Assembly (NCBI GenBank): GCA_963798845.1
Contig: CAWCUS010000006.1
Span: 32,001-96,000 of the forward strand
Direction of reading: 5' to 3'
Source: an uncultured Gemmatimonadales bacterium
Lineage (GTDB): Bacteria; Gemmatimonadota; Gemmatimonadetes; Longimicrobiales; RSA9
DNA: 64,000 nucleotides
Shown here: positions 55,668 to 64,000 of the stretch, piece by piece
Layout of the letters: each line of letters starts with the position of its first letter
How positions within the stretch are numbered: position 1 is the first letter of the stretch
Made by a program: the position numbers and the translations under genes
The notes under the pieces: model-generated
What the model was told of the DNA's origin: nothing
Databases searched by the model: none
Seen by the model: only the letters and a program-made list of their open reading frames with translations

Positions 55668-58295
55668 CTATTCCGCCCGGAGCGCGTCGGTGGGCTGGAT
55701 CCGGAGCGCCCGCACGGCCGGCACGCTCGCACCGAGCGCACCCACCACCAGCATGGAGAGGGACACGGCGGCCACGAGCAGGAGGCCGCGGGGCTCGCCG
55801 GCGAGGGCGAAGCCCACGAGCACGGCGCCTAGGGCAATGCCCAGGCCGATCTGGAGCATCGCCCGGGAGAAGATGGCGGTGAGGAGCCGGCCCGGGCTGG
55901 CACCGAGAGCCTGGCGGATGCCGATCTCTCTCGCCCGTCGCTCCACGGTGAACGCGGTGAGCGCGTAGATCCCCATGAGGGCGAAGAAGATGATGACGGC
56001 GGCGACTGCGGCCAGGCCGGCCAGGAGGAAGACGTTGCCCCGCTGGACAGGCCGCCAGACCGCGTCGAGCGGCTCCAGCTCCGCCATCCCGAGCTCCGGG
56101 TCCACCCCCTCCACCAGGTCGTGCACCCGCGGGATGAGGGCGTCGGGCCGGCCGCCGGTGCGCACGAAGAAGTGGAGCGACGCATGGCGATCCGGGTGGA
56201 GCGGGCGGTACACGCCCACCGGCTGGCCGGGGCCGATGGCGGGCTCCATTCCGTCCACCACGCCCACCACCTCGTGCCAGCGGCCGGCGGACCCATCCCC
56301 GGAATCCGAGAGGACGCGGATCCTGCGCCCGATGGGGTTCGCCCCTCCGAACAGAACCTCGACGGATGCGTGGTCCACGATGGCGACGGGAGCGTCGGCG
56401 GCCCGGTCGCTCTCCCGGAACCCGCGCCCGCTCACGATCCGCGCACCCATGACGTAGAAGAAGTCCGGGTCCACCTCGAGGACTCTCCGGCGGATCACCG
56501 CCGAGTCGCCTTCCACTTCCACGGCCGAGGTGACGTGGTTGAAGCCCGGGAGCCAGCTGGCGCGCGTCGCCGCCAGCACACCGGGCTCGTCGCGCAGCCG
56601 ACGGAAGACCTCGTCGAACCCCGCCGCCCCCTCCGCCTGGCCACCCAGACCGTCGTCTCCGCCTCGCTGCGACTGGTGCTCCCGCGTGAGTCGACCATAC
56701 AGGAAGTGATCCGCCGGGAACTCCGCGTTCGCCCGCCCGGGTATCGCCTCCATCGCCCGGGCGAACGCCAGCGGCACGAACGCGACGGTGAGGGCCACCT
56801 GGACCACGATCACGGCGGTGGCCAGGGCGCCGAAGCGCATCGAGGAGAGCCCGGTGCCCGTGCTGGTGAGCCGGCTGCGCAGCTCGCCCCGCGTCGCCCG
56901 GAGGGCCGGCAGCCCGCCGATGATCAGCGCGGCCACCACGGCCAGCACGAGGACGTAGACCACGCCGCGGATGGACAGGCTGGTGTGGAACCAGAAGGGA
57001 GCTCGCGCCTGCTGGACCTCGAAGAAGAGCGACATGGCTCGCCCGAACGCCCAGCGGGCGACAACCAGGCCCAGCACGGCCGCCGTCAGCGTCAGCACCA
57101 GCGCCTCGCCCGCCATCTGGAGCACGATGCGCCGCCGGCTCGCCCCGAGCGCCGTCCGCATGGCGATCTCGCCCTCACGGGTGGCCGTCCGGGCGAAGAG
57201 GAGCGTGGCGACGTTGGCGCTCACCACGACCAGAAAGAGAAGGAACGGGAGGTTCAGCAGCCCGGCGAACGCGGCCGCCGGGCCGAACATGCTGGGCCGG
57301 TAGACCTGGGGATGCAGGTGCTCGTGGGTCGCGGGGTAGGCGGCGGCGACCCGTCGCCCGACGACGTCCAGCTCCGCCTGCGCCTGGCCGAGCGACACGC
57401 CCGGCCCGAGCCGGCCGAAGACCGTGAGGGAGGGGCCCTGGCGCGGCCCGACGTCCACCCCCCGCGCCCGGAGCGGAAGCCAGATCTCCTGGTCCACCGG
57501 GAACCCGAAGCCCTGGGGCATCACCCCGACCACCGTGACGGTCTCCGAGCCCACGCGCAGCGTGCGCCCGATCGCGCCGGGATCCGCGTCGAACAGCCGC
57601 GTCCAGGCCGAGTGGGCCAGCACTGCCACGGCGGGCGAGCCCGCGTCAGCGTCGTCCGGCCGGAGCGGGCGTCCATACACCGGCCGCAGCTTCGAGAACG
57701 GGAACATGGATGGCGTGGTCCTCGCCCCCTGCAGCGTCGCGTACCGGTCGTCCGCTGTCCGGACGACGACCTCGACCGTCGTGACGGCGCCCAGGTCGTT
57801 CACCGTCCGGAGCTCGTCCCGCCACAGCTCGAAGTCCTGCAGCGCACGCCGCTCCTGGGCCCCGCTCTCCTCGTCCTGGAGCCGGAGCAGGACGATCCGG
57901 TCGGCGTCCGGAAGCGGGATCCGCGGCCGGCTCATGTTCGACATGAACTCGAACCAGCACACCGCCAGCGTCACCGCCAGCGCCAGCGCAATCACGCTCG
58001 TGCCCGTCAGCACGGGGTACTTCGCCAGCATCCGCGCGCCCAGCTTCAGGTCGAGCCGCACCCCGGACAGCCACGCGAGCCCCCGGCCCTCCCGCAGCTC
58101 CTCCTTCGTCCGCTCGACACCCCCGAACGACACCAGCGCGCGACGCCGCGCTTCCGCCGCATCGAGACCCTCCTCCCGCTCCAGCCGCTCCGCTTCCATG
58201 TCCACATGGAACGCGATCTCCTCCCTCATGCGCGACTCCGCCTCATCACTCCGCAACAGGCGAAGCCGCGCACCGAGCCCCCTCAGCCACCCCAT
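55668..58295 (-). CDS. MacB/FtsX-like duplicated orphan ABC permease (ADOP type)
   Basis: Start MGWLRGL (TGATG coupling); prefix EEIAFHVDME…ARRRALVSFGG; two MacB_PCD/FtsX halves (REGEIAMRTALGA; REIGIRQALGA). Confidence 0.88.
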   Translation of the reverse strand: MGWLRGLGARLRLLRSDEAESRMREEIAFHVDMEAERLEREEGLDAAEARRRALVSFGGVERTKEELREGRGLAWLSGVRLDLKLGARMLAKYPVLTGTSVIALALAVTLAVCWFEFMSNMSRPRIPLPDADRIVLLRLQDEESGAQERRALQDFELWRDELRTVNDLGAVTTVEVVVRTADDRYATLQGARTTPSMFPFSKLRPVYGRPLRPDDADAGSPAVAVLAHSAWTRLFDADPGAIGRTLRVGSETVTVVGVMPQGFGFPVDQEIWLPLRARGVDVGPRQGPSLTVFGRLGPGVSLGQAQAELDVVGRRVAAAYPATHEHLHPQVYRPSMFGPAAAFAGLLNLPFLLFLVVVSANVATLLFARTATREGEIAMRTALGASRRRIVLQMAGEALVLTLTAAVLGLVVARWAFGRAMSLFFEVQQARAPFWFHTSLSIRGVVYVLVLAVVAALIIGGLPALRATRGELRSRLTSTGTGLSSMRFGALATAVIVVQVALTVAFVPLAFARAMEAIPGRANAEFPADHFLYGRLTREHQSQRGGDDGLGGQAEGAAGFDEVFRRLRDEPGVLAATRASWLPGFNHVTSAVEVEGDSAVIRRRVLEVDPDFFYVMGARIVSGRGFRESDRAADAPVAIVDHASVEVLFGGANPIGRRIRVLSDSGDGSAGRWHEVVGVVDGMEPAIGPGQPVGVYRPLHPDRHASLHFFVRTGGRPDALIPRVHDLVEGVDPELGMAELEPLDAVWRPVQRGNVFLLAGLAAVAAVIIFFALMGIYALTAFTVERRAREIGIRQALGASPGRLLTAIFSRAMLQIGLGIALGAVLVGFALAGEPRGLLLVAAVSLSMLVVGALGASVPAVRALRIQPTDALRAE

Positions 58296-58630
58296 CAGCC
58301 GGTGCTCAGCACGGATTCCAGCCCCCGGGCGAACCGTCGCCAGCTCTCCAGCTCCTCTCCGAGCGCCTGCCGCCCCGTCCGCGTCAGCTCGTAGTACCGG
58401 GCCCGGCGGTTGTTCTCCGTCTTCCCCCACTCGCTCGCGATCAATCCCTCCTTCTCCAGCCGCTGGAGCGCCGGGTACAGCGAGCCCTGGTTCACTTCCA
58501 GAACCCCGTCCGAGATCTGCTGAACCCGCTGGCTGATCCCCCACCCGTGCATCGGCCCCAGCGACAGCGTCTTGAGGACGAGAAGGTCGAGTGAGCCCCG
58601 CAGGGCGTCGGACTGTGATCGTGAGGACAT
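58295..58630 (-). CDS. PadR family regulator (acidobacterial type)
   Basis: LRGSLDLLVLKTL, HGWGI, NQGSLYPALQRLE, ENNRRARYY. Confidence 0.93.
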   Translation of the reverse strand: MSSRSQSDALRGSLDLLVLKTLSLGPMHGWGISQRVQQISDGVLEVNQGSLYPALQRLEKEGLIASEWGKTENNRRARYYELTRTGRQALGEELESWRRFARGLESVLSTG

Positions 58631-58648
58631 GGCCGTCTCCGCGTTTCA

Positions 58649-58696
58649 TGTAGCCGTCTACAAGAGTCTCGCGGATGGTCCTCTAGCTGTCAAGAG
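58649..58696 (-). promoter_or_regulatory. padR promoter with two related palindromes
   Basis: TGTAG-CCGT-CTACA (58649-58662) and CTCTAG-CTGT-CAAGAG (58681-58696); the latter contains minus-strand TTGACA. Confidence 0.6.
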
Positions 58697-58761
58697 AAGG
58701 ACGCGCAGCCTCAGGCCGGAGCACGCGCCGAACTGGGCTGGGGGAGGGTGAGCGGCCGCTG

Positions 58762-61700
58762 CTAGTACCGCCACTTCTTGAACAGGAAGAGGCTGAGGGC
58801 GCGGGTCTGGTCCGCGGTCTGACTGGTTCCGAGCGTGGGGAGGAGCGGCAGGTAGCGCGGCTCCCACGAGCTCGTCAGTCGGAACCCGGAGGGCGTCCGG
58901 TACTCGGCCCGGAGACCGGGCCAGGCTTCGGTGGTGGTCCGACCGCGGGCTGCGACGAACAGCTGCGGGGTCAGGTATTTCCCGGCCTCGACCTGGGTGC
59001 CGCGCAGCACGTTCTGGAAATAGCTGTCGAAGGCCAGCTCGTCGGGGAGCTCGGTGGCGGAGATGCGGAGCACGTCGAGCCCGTAGCGGCCCGGCCGCGC
59101 TTCGACGCCCTGGAACGTGCGCTGGAAGAGGGAGCCGAGGGCGACGCTGGCGAGCTGCTGGCTCGCGAGGGCGCCGAGCTGGCCGGCGCTGCCACCGGCG
59201 AGGCCGGACCCGCTCGCGGGCATGATCGAGCCGGAGGCCGAGCCGAAGACCAGGAACGATATGAGGTCGGTCTGGGAGAGCGGCGGCTGCGCGTTGCTGC
59301 TCAACGTGACCACCGGCTGCTGGAGGTGACCGCCGACCGTGATCTGGATCTCGAGAGGGTCCTGGCCGGGGCGAACGACATCGTGCACCGCGGTGAGCTG
59401 GAGCTGCGGATCCAGCTCCGCGGTCTGGAGGAACGTGGCGGTGCCGGTGGTGAGCTCGAATCGTTTGCCGGCGAACGTCCACTCGCCTCGCTCCGCGTGC
59501 ACCACGCCGTCCAGGACCGGCAGGCCGCGGGCGCCGGAGTAGCGGATCGCCAGCGGGGCGCCGTCGTCCGGCGTGTAGATTTCGACGGTTCCGTCGAGCG
59601 CGCGCACCCACGTGTTGCGATCCACGCGGAGCGAGACGTCCGCGCGGAGTCCCTGGAGAACGGAGTTGTGGGGCGGGACCGCGCGCTTGACCACGTCCGA
59701 GGCCGCAATGGCGGTCTGGGCCTCCGCTCCCGAGAGGTCGAGCGCGTTGCCGCGGTCGAGCGGGACGTGAATGATCCCTCCGCGCACGCGAGCGGTGCCG
59801 GTCACGGCGAGGGACGAGATCGGACCGAACAGGTGGAGGTCGGCGTCGGCGTGGAGGTTCTCGGCGAGGTCGTTGTTCATGACGAGCGCGTCCTCGGCCC
59901 TGAGCTGGAGGTCGGCCGCGGGGCCGTTTTCGCCATCGAGCTCGACCGTCCCGGCCACACGCGTGCGGCCGCCGCCGCTGAGGGCGGTGAGAGAGTCCAG
60001 GAAGAGGCGCGTCCCGTCCAGGCGCAGCCGTCCGGTCACCTCCCTGAGCGGGACTCCGGGCTGCGTGATGTCCAGCCGCCCCAGGTCGAGATCGACGGCG
60101 CCCGAGAGGACGGGATCATCCAGCGTGCCGGCGACCCGCACGTCGCCGCGGACCCGGCCCCGGACGTCCGACACGGCATCCGTGAAGCTGGGCAGCGATT
60201 CCAGTGGAAGGCTGTCCGCCCGAACCGTGAGGTCCAGGCGCCGGGGACCCGCGGGGCCGGCCAGGTCCACGTGGCCGCGGACGGTGGCGAGGACGGTGCC
60301 CGCGGCGGCGGTGTGGACGCCGGACGCGGCGAGAGTGAGGTCGGACTCGAGGGTGCCGCCGGCCCACCCCAGGCTGCCGTCGATGCGGGGGAGGACGGTC
60401 CCCCGGAACGTGGCGTCGGTGAGGGAGACGGTGGCCTCGGCCCGGGGTTCGGACATGGTGCCCTGCACGCGGGCCTGGAGGTCCAGGATGCCGGTGGCGT
60501 CCAGCGTGTCCTGGACGAGCCCGATCAGCTGAGCGACCTGGAGGCGCCGGATCTCGACCACCAGCCCCTCGCCGGCCGCTCGCCCCTCGCCCGCGGACCC
60601 GCCCTCGCCCGGAAGCCGACCCTCCGCATAGATGCGCGCGCCGTGGTCGCTCACCAGCTCCAGGTGGTCCAGCGCGACGCCACCCCGTCCCCACGTGATG
60701 GCGCTGGGCGCGGTGGACCGCCAGTAGGTGGTATCGAAGCGAAGCGCGAGGGAGTCGAGCCGCACGGAGCGCCGGTCGAGGGCCAGCTCGTACGCCGCGT
60801 TCAGCCGGTAGTCACGGTCGGGGTCCTGGCGGATGGCAAGCCGGACCGACCCCTCTCCCTCGGTGAGGCCGCCGGCGTGCTCGACGTGGGCGTGAAGCGA
60901 GTCGAACGCGAACCCCGCGGCCTGGACGGAGTCGAGGTCGGCGTCGAGCCGGACCGCCAGCCGTCCAGCCGCCGGCTCTCCGACCGGCCGGGGGTTCGCC
61001 GGCGAAGCTGGCTGTGCCGACGGCGCCGATGGCCCGGCAAGGGCGAGCCCCTCGGCGTCCAGCGTGAGCTTGCCTCCGCCGACCCGGTATCCCAGCGCCA
61101 CGACGTCCTCGAGCGTGGCGCCGAGGTGCGCCGCGAGCCGGTGCAGCCCGCCGCTGGCGGTGCCCGCGAGCCGGACGCTGCCGGAGAGGGAGTCGCTGGG
61201 GATGGGCGGGAGCGTGTCCACCTCCAGCGCGGGCTCGGGCGGCCGGCCGGTGGCGGCGCGCTGCACGGCGGTGGCCTGGGCGCGCCGGATCGAGTCTTCT
61301 CGGGCGATGGCGAGCCGTCGCGCCTGTATCGCGGGACGGAGCCCCGGCGCCGGCCGCGCCGCTGTGTCTTCGGGGACGAAGGCGGCAAAATCGGAAAGCG
61401 AATCGATCCGCAGGGTGTAGTGGAGCGAGCCGCTGGCGTGCGGGCCCAGTCCGAGAGTGCCCTCGATCGACGCGGTGGCGGAGGCCACGCGGATGTCTGC
61501 CTGGCGGATGTCGGCGACGCCGTCCGCGACCCGGGCCCGGATCTGCGCCCCGCCACCCCGGACATCTCCCCGGGCCCGCCTCTCGGAGAGCGAATCCACG
61601 AGCGTCACATCAATGTCGGCCCGGAGCGTCGCCGGGTCGGTGCCGGCGCCGACCACCGACGCCGTGCCCCACAGCTCCGTCCCGGGCGCGCGCGCAGAGA

Positions 61701-63657
61701 AGGCTGCGGCATCGAAAGCGGTGAAGCGGGTGTCCAGGTCGTAGCGGCGGCCGGGGTGCGCGGCGTCGAGCGAGCCCTCGAGCGCGACGTTGCCGCCGCC
61801 GGGGGTTGCCAGATCCAGGTCCACGCCAAGGCGGTCGAGCGGGCCGCGGGCGACGAGGGTAGCCGAACCGGAGCCGCGGAGCGCCGCCGCGGGGATGAAC
61901 CGCCCCACCGTCGCCAGGGCGAGGGATGGCGCGCGAAGCCGTGCGTCCAGGACCCGCCCGGGTCCGCCGGGTTCCAGCCGGACGGAGCCGGTGACGTGGC
62001 TGACGCCGGTGGTGTCGCGGTGCACCACGTCCAGGTCGGCTGACAGCGCAGCGCCGGGCGAGCCGTTGATCGTGGCCCGGCCGGTCACGATGCCGCCGAC
62101 CGGCAGCGGGCTGGCCAGCGCCTCCACCAGGGCGAGTCGGAGCGGCTCCATGCGGACCACCAGGTCGCGAGCCGCGACGCCGTTGCCCAGGTCGATCCCG
62201 CCGCGGGCGAGGACGTGAGATCGGCCTGTGGCGGCGCCGTTGTGGATCACGTCCGCGTCCACGGCGAGACGGCCGTGGACGCTGCCATCGAGAGACACCG
62301 TGCCCGTCACCGTGCCGTCCACCGTGAGCGACGGGGCCACGTCCCGGGCCAGCGACAGGTCGAGCGGGTCGAACCGCGCCGTGACGGCGTCGAGGACGAT
62401 GTCGCCGCCGAACGCCACCCGGCCATCCGCCGTCACGTGGCTGGTCACACCGTCCGGGCGACGGCGGAACCGCACGTCCGCGTCGAGCGCCAGCGCCTCG
62501 CCGGCGGTGGCCGAGTCCAGCCGCACGCGTCCGGCGGCCGTGCCTTCCACCGGCAGCGCCGCCCCGGGCGAGAGGCGCTCGAGGAGCCGGGTGTCCACGC
62601 CCTCGAAGCGGACGTCGGCCGGGCCGGCGGTGAAGGTGTCGCCCAGGGCGAGGACGCCCCCGCCTCGCACGCGCGCATCCTGGAGCCGGGCGTCCAGGTC
62701 GGTCACCGTCAGGCGGGTTTCGCCGGCCGTGCGGGTCCCGGCGATCCTCGCGCGCAGGCGGCCGTCCTCGGGGAGCGACGGGCGGAGCCACAGGAGGTCA
62801 CGGGTGAGCACGTCCGCGTCGATGCGCCCTTCCACTTCGCGCGACCCGAGCGCCACCACCCCCTCCCCCGTCACGTTCGAGGATGGCAGCTCGAGCCGGA
62901 GACCGCCGACGCGCAGCGTGTCGTGGGCGAGGGTGAAGCGGCCGCGGAGGTCCTGCACGCGGAGCGGGGGGGCGTCGTACAGGCGGGCCACCGCAGAGAG
63001 GGAAGCGAGCCGGCCGGAGAGCGGGGCGCCGGGGTCCGCCAGCACCAGGTGACGGAGCTCGGCGTCGAGGTCGCGGATTTCGCGCACCACCATCTTGCGC
63101 CCGTTCACTTCCACGGCCCGCAGGCGTGCGGTGTCCGGGGCGGGCGCGTCGGGCCACGGCTGGCGCAGCGTCGCCTCGCCATCGCGTAGGGTGGCCCGGC
63201 TCACCCGGACCCAGGAGCCGAAGCCGGGGGCGAGGGTGTCGCCCGACGGCGGCGAGGGGATCCACAGGTCGGAGACGTTCAGGGACCCATCCGGCCGCTG
63301 CACGAGAGTGACGCGGGGCCGCACGAGCTCCAGGCCAGTGAGGACGATCCGCTGGCGAAGCAGCGCAGCGAGCGAGAACCTGGCCCGGACCGCATCGACG
63401 GCGAGCACGGTGGTCCCGGCCGAGTCCTGCACGGTGACGTCGTGGAGCGTGAAGCGGCCGAGCAGGCTGCCGTCGATCTCGCCGATGCCGACGGTGCCGT
63501 TCACCCTGTCGGCGACGGCGCCGATCAGGCGGGTGCGGGCCTGCTTGAGCGCCCAGTCGCTCTGCGCGAGCCACACCACCCCGAGCGCAACGACGACGAC
63601 CAGTCCCGCGACGGCCAGGAGCCCGCGAACCAGCCAGCGCTGCCAGCGGCGGGGCAT
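58762..63657 (-). CDS. tamB: translocation and assembly module TamB (AsmA-like)
   Basis: N-terminal TM anchor, long beta-taco-like repeats, C-terminal DUF490-like region (PPLSQTDLISFLVFG…EAGKYL); directly downstream of tamA. Confidence 0.85.
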   Translation of the reverse strand: MPRRWQRWLVRGLLAVAGLVVVVALGVVWLAQSDWALKQARTRLIGAVADRVNGTVGIGEIDGSLLGRFTLHDVTVQDSAGTTVLAVDAVRARFSLAALLRQRIVLTGLELVRPRVTLVQRPDGSLNVSDLWIPSPPSGDTLAPGFGSWVRVSRATLRDGEATLRQPWPDAPAPDTARLRAVEVNGRKMVVREIRDLDAELRHLVLADPGAPLSGRLASLSAVARLYDAPPLRVQDLRGRFTLAHDTLRVGGLRLELPSSNVTGEGVVALGSREVEGRIDADVLTRDLLWLRPSLPEDGRLRARIAGTRTAGETRLTVTDLDARLQDARVRGGGVLALGDTFTAGPADVRFEGVDTRLLERLSPGAALPVEGTAAGRVRLDSATAGEALALDADVRFRRRPDGVTSHVTADGRVAFGGDIVLDAVTARFDPLDLSLARDVAPSLTVDGTVTGTVSLDGSVHGRLAVDADVIHNGAATGRSHVLARGGIDLGNGVAARDLVVRMEPLRLALVEALASPLPVGGIVTGRATINGSPGAALSADLDVVHRDTTGVSHVTGSVRLEPGGPGRVLDARLRAPSLALATVGRFIPAAALRGSGSATLVARGPLDRLGVDLDLATPGGGNVALEGSLDAAHPGRRYDLDTRFTAFDAAAFSARAPGTELWGTASVVGAGTDPATLRADIDVTLVDSLSERRARGDVRGGGAQIRARVADGVADIRQADIRVASATASIEGTLGLGPHASGSLHYTLRIDSLSDFAAFVPEDTAARPAPGLRPAIQARRLAIAREDSIRRAQATAVQRAATGRPPEPALEVDTLPPIPSDSLSGSVRLAGTASGGLHRLAAHLGATLEDVVALGYRVGGGKLTLDAEGLALAGPSAPSAQPASPANPRPVGEPAAGRLAVRLDADLDSVQAAGFAFDSLHAHVEHAGGLTEGEGSVRLAIRQDPDRDYRLNAAYELALDRRSVRLDSLALRFDTTYWRSTAPSAITWGRGGVALDHLELVSDHGARIYAEGRLPGEGGSAGEGRAAGEGLVVEIRRLQVAQLIGLVQDTLDATGILDLQARVQGTMSEPRAEATVSLTDATFRGTVLPRIDGSLGWAGGTLESDLTLAASGVHTAAAGTVLATVRGHVDLAGPAGPRRLDLTVRADSLPLESLPSFTDAVSDVRGRVRGDVRVAGTLDDPVLSGAVDLDLGRLDITQPGVPLREVTGRLRLDGTRLFLDSLTALSGGGRTRVAGTVELDGENGPAADLQLRAEDALVMNNDLAENLHADADLHLFGPISSLAVTGTARVRGGIIHVPLDRGNALDLSGAEAQTAIAASDVVKRAVPPHNSVLQGLRADVSLRVDRNTWVRALDGTVEIYTPDDGAPLAIRYSGARGLPVLDGVVHAERGEWTFAGKRFELTTGTATFLQTAELDPQLQLTAVHDVVRPGQDPLEIQITVGGHLQQPVVTLSSNAQPPLSQTDLISFLVFGSASGSIMPASGSGLAGGSAGQLGALASQQLASVALGSLFQRTFQGVEARPGRYGLDVLRISATELPDELAFDSYFQNVLRGTQVEAGKYLTPQLFVAARGRTTTEAWPGLRAEYRTPSGFRLTSSWEPRYLPLLPTLGTSQTADQTRALSLFLFKKWRY

Positions 63658-64000
63658 CAGAACGCTTGCCCGATGCTGAGGTGGAGCACCAGCCGCTCCA
63701 GGATCTGGCGCAGGAAGCTCCCGGATCCGGCCACCGGGTCGTAGCGTCGGGTCCTGTCCAGGGTGATCAGCCGATCCTCCCCCGGCACGCGCGTCACGAC
63801 CCGCAGGTCTTCGGCCAGCGTCGGGCGGATGCCCAGGTCCGCGCGCACCATTCCGACCGGGGATGGGTAGCGGACGCCGAAACCGGGCGTGAGCGCGGCA
63901 CGGGAGCGGGCGCTCACGTTCAGCTGACTCGCCCCGACCCAGCCGGCATCCACGAACACGGCGGTCGCGAGGCCGAAGATGGGGAACCGGTACTCGAGGC
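63657..64000 (-). CDS. tamA: Omp85/BamA-TamA family outer-membrane protein, 3' end (partial)
   Basis: LEYRFP…AVFVDAG…GFGVRYPSPVGMVRADLG…LHLSIGQAF C-terminus. Confidence 0.85.
   Translation of the reverse strand, partial: LEYRFPIFGLATAVFVDAGWVGASQLNVSARSRAALTPGFGVRYPSPVGMVRADLGIRPTLAEDLRVVTRVPGEDRLITLDRTRRYDPVAGSGSFLRQILERLVLHLSIGQAF

Noticed and set aside
1..64000. tRNA, rRNA, IS elements, prophage, known riboswitches
   Set aside because: No recognisable cloverleaf/T-loop in intergenic DNA and no transposase, integrase or phage ORFs; a covariance-model scan would be needed to exclude small RNAs.

Overview
A very GC-rich (roughly 70%) bacterial chromosomal segment with about 45 genuine CDSs; most of the supplied ORF track consists of antisense or out-of-frame shadow ORFs. 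The gene content (PadR + duplicated orphan permease, PEP-CTERM protein, tricorn/S9 peptidases, TamAB, CheB-CheR kinases) suggests a Gemmatimonadota- or Acidobacteriota-like organism (inference). I found no rRNA, tRNA, CRISPR array, transposase or phage genes. The main modules are: (i) a co-oriented cyclic-nucleotide signalling cluster (class III cyclase-STAND-TPR, a cysteine-free REC-glutaredoxin-TrxB fusion, and a cNMP-binding histidine kinase); (ii) peptide-scavenging genes; (iii) an L,D-transpeptidase/PEP-CTERM pair; (iv) an unusual Gly-rich/TerB-like/Zn-ribbon membrane protein; (v) two CheB-CheR-PAS-kinase hybrids, a stand-alone HisKA-like mini-protein and a single-domain receiver; (vi) a Crp/Fnr regulator with an FNR-type box ahead of fmdE-like + tauE; (vii) an arsR-arsM-arsN2-metallophosphoesterase-acr3 operon with no arsC and two ArsR-type operators; (viii) an iodotyrosine-deiodinase-like flavoprotein; (ix) PadR-permease units and tamA-tamB. 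Two genes appear to carry single-base insertions (near 17709 and 29722), which could be assembly errors or real frameshifts. The best candidates for undescribed systems are the ars-linked GNYD/CGC metallophosphoesterase, the cNMP-kinase-flavoprotein operon, the Gly-rich TerB-like protein and the Crp/Fnr-FmdE-TauE unit.
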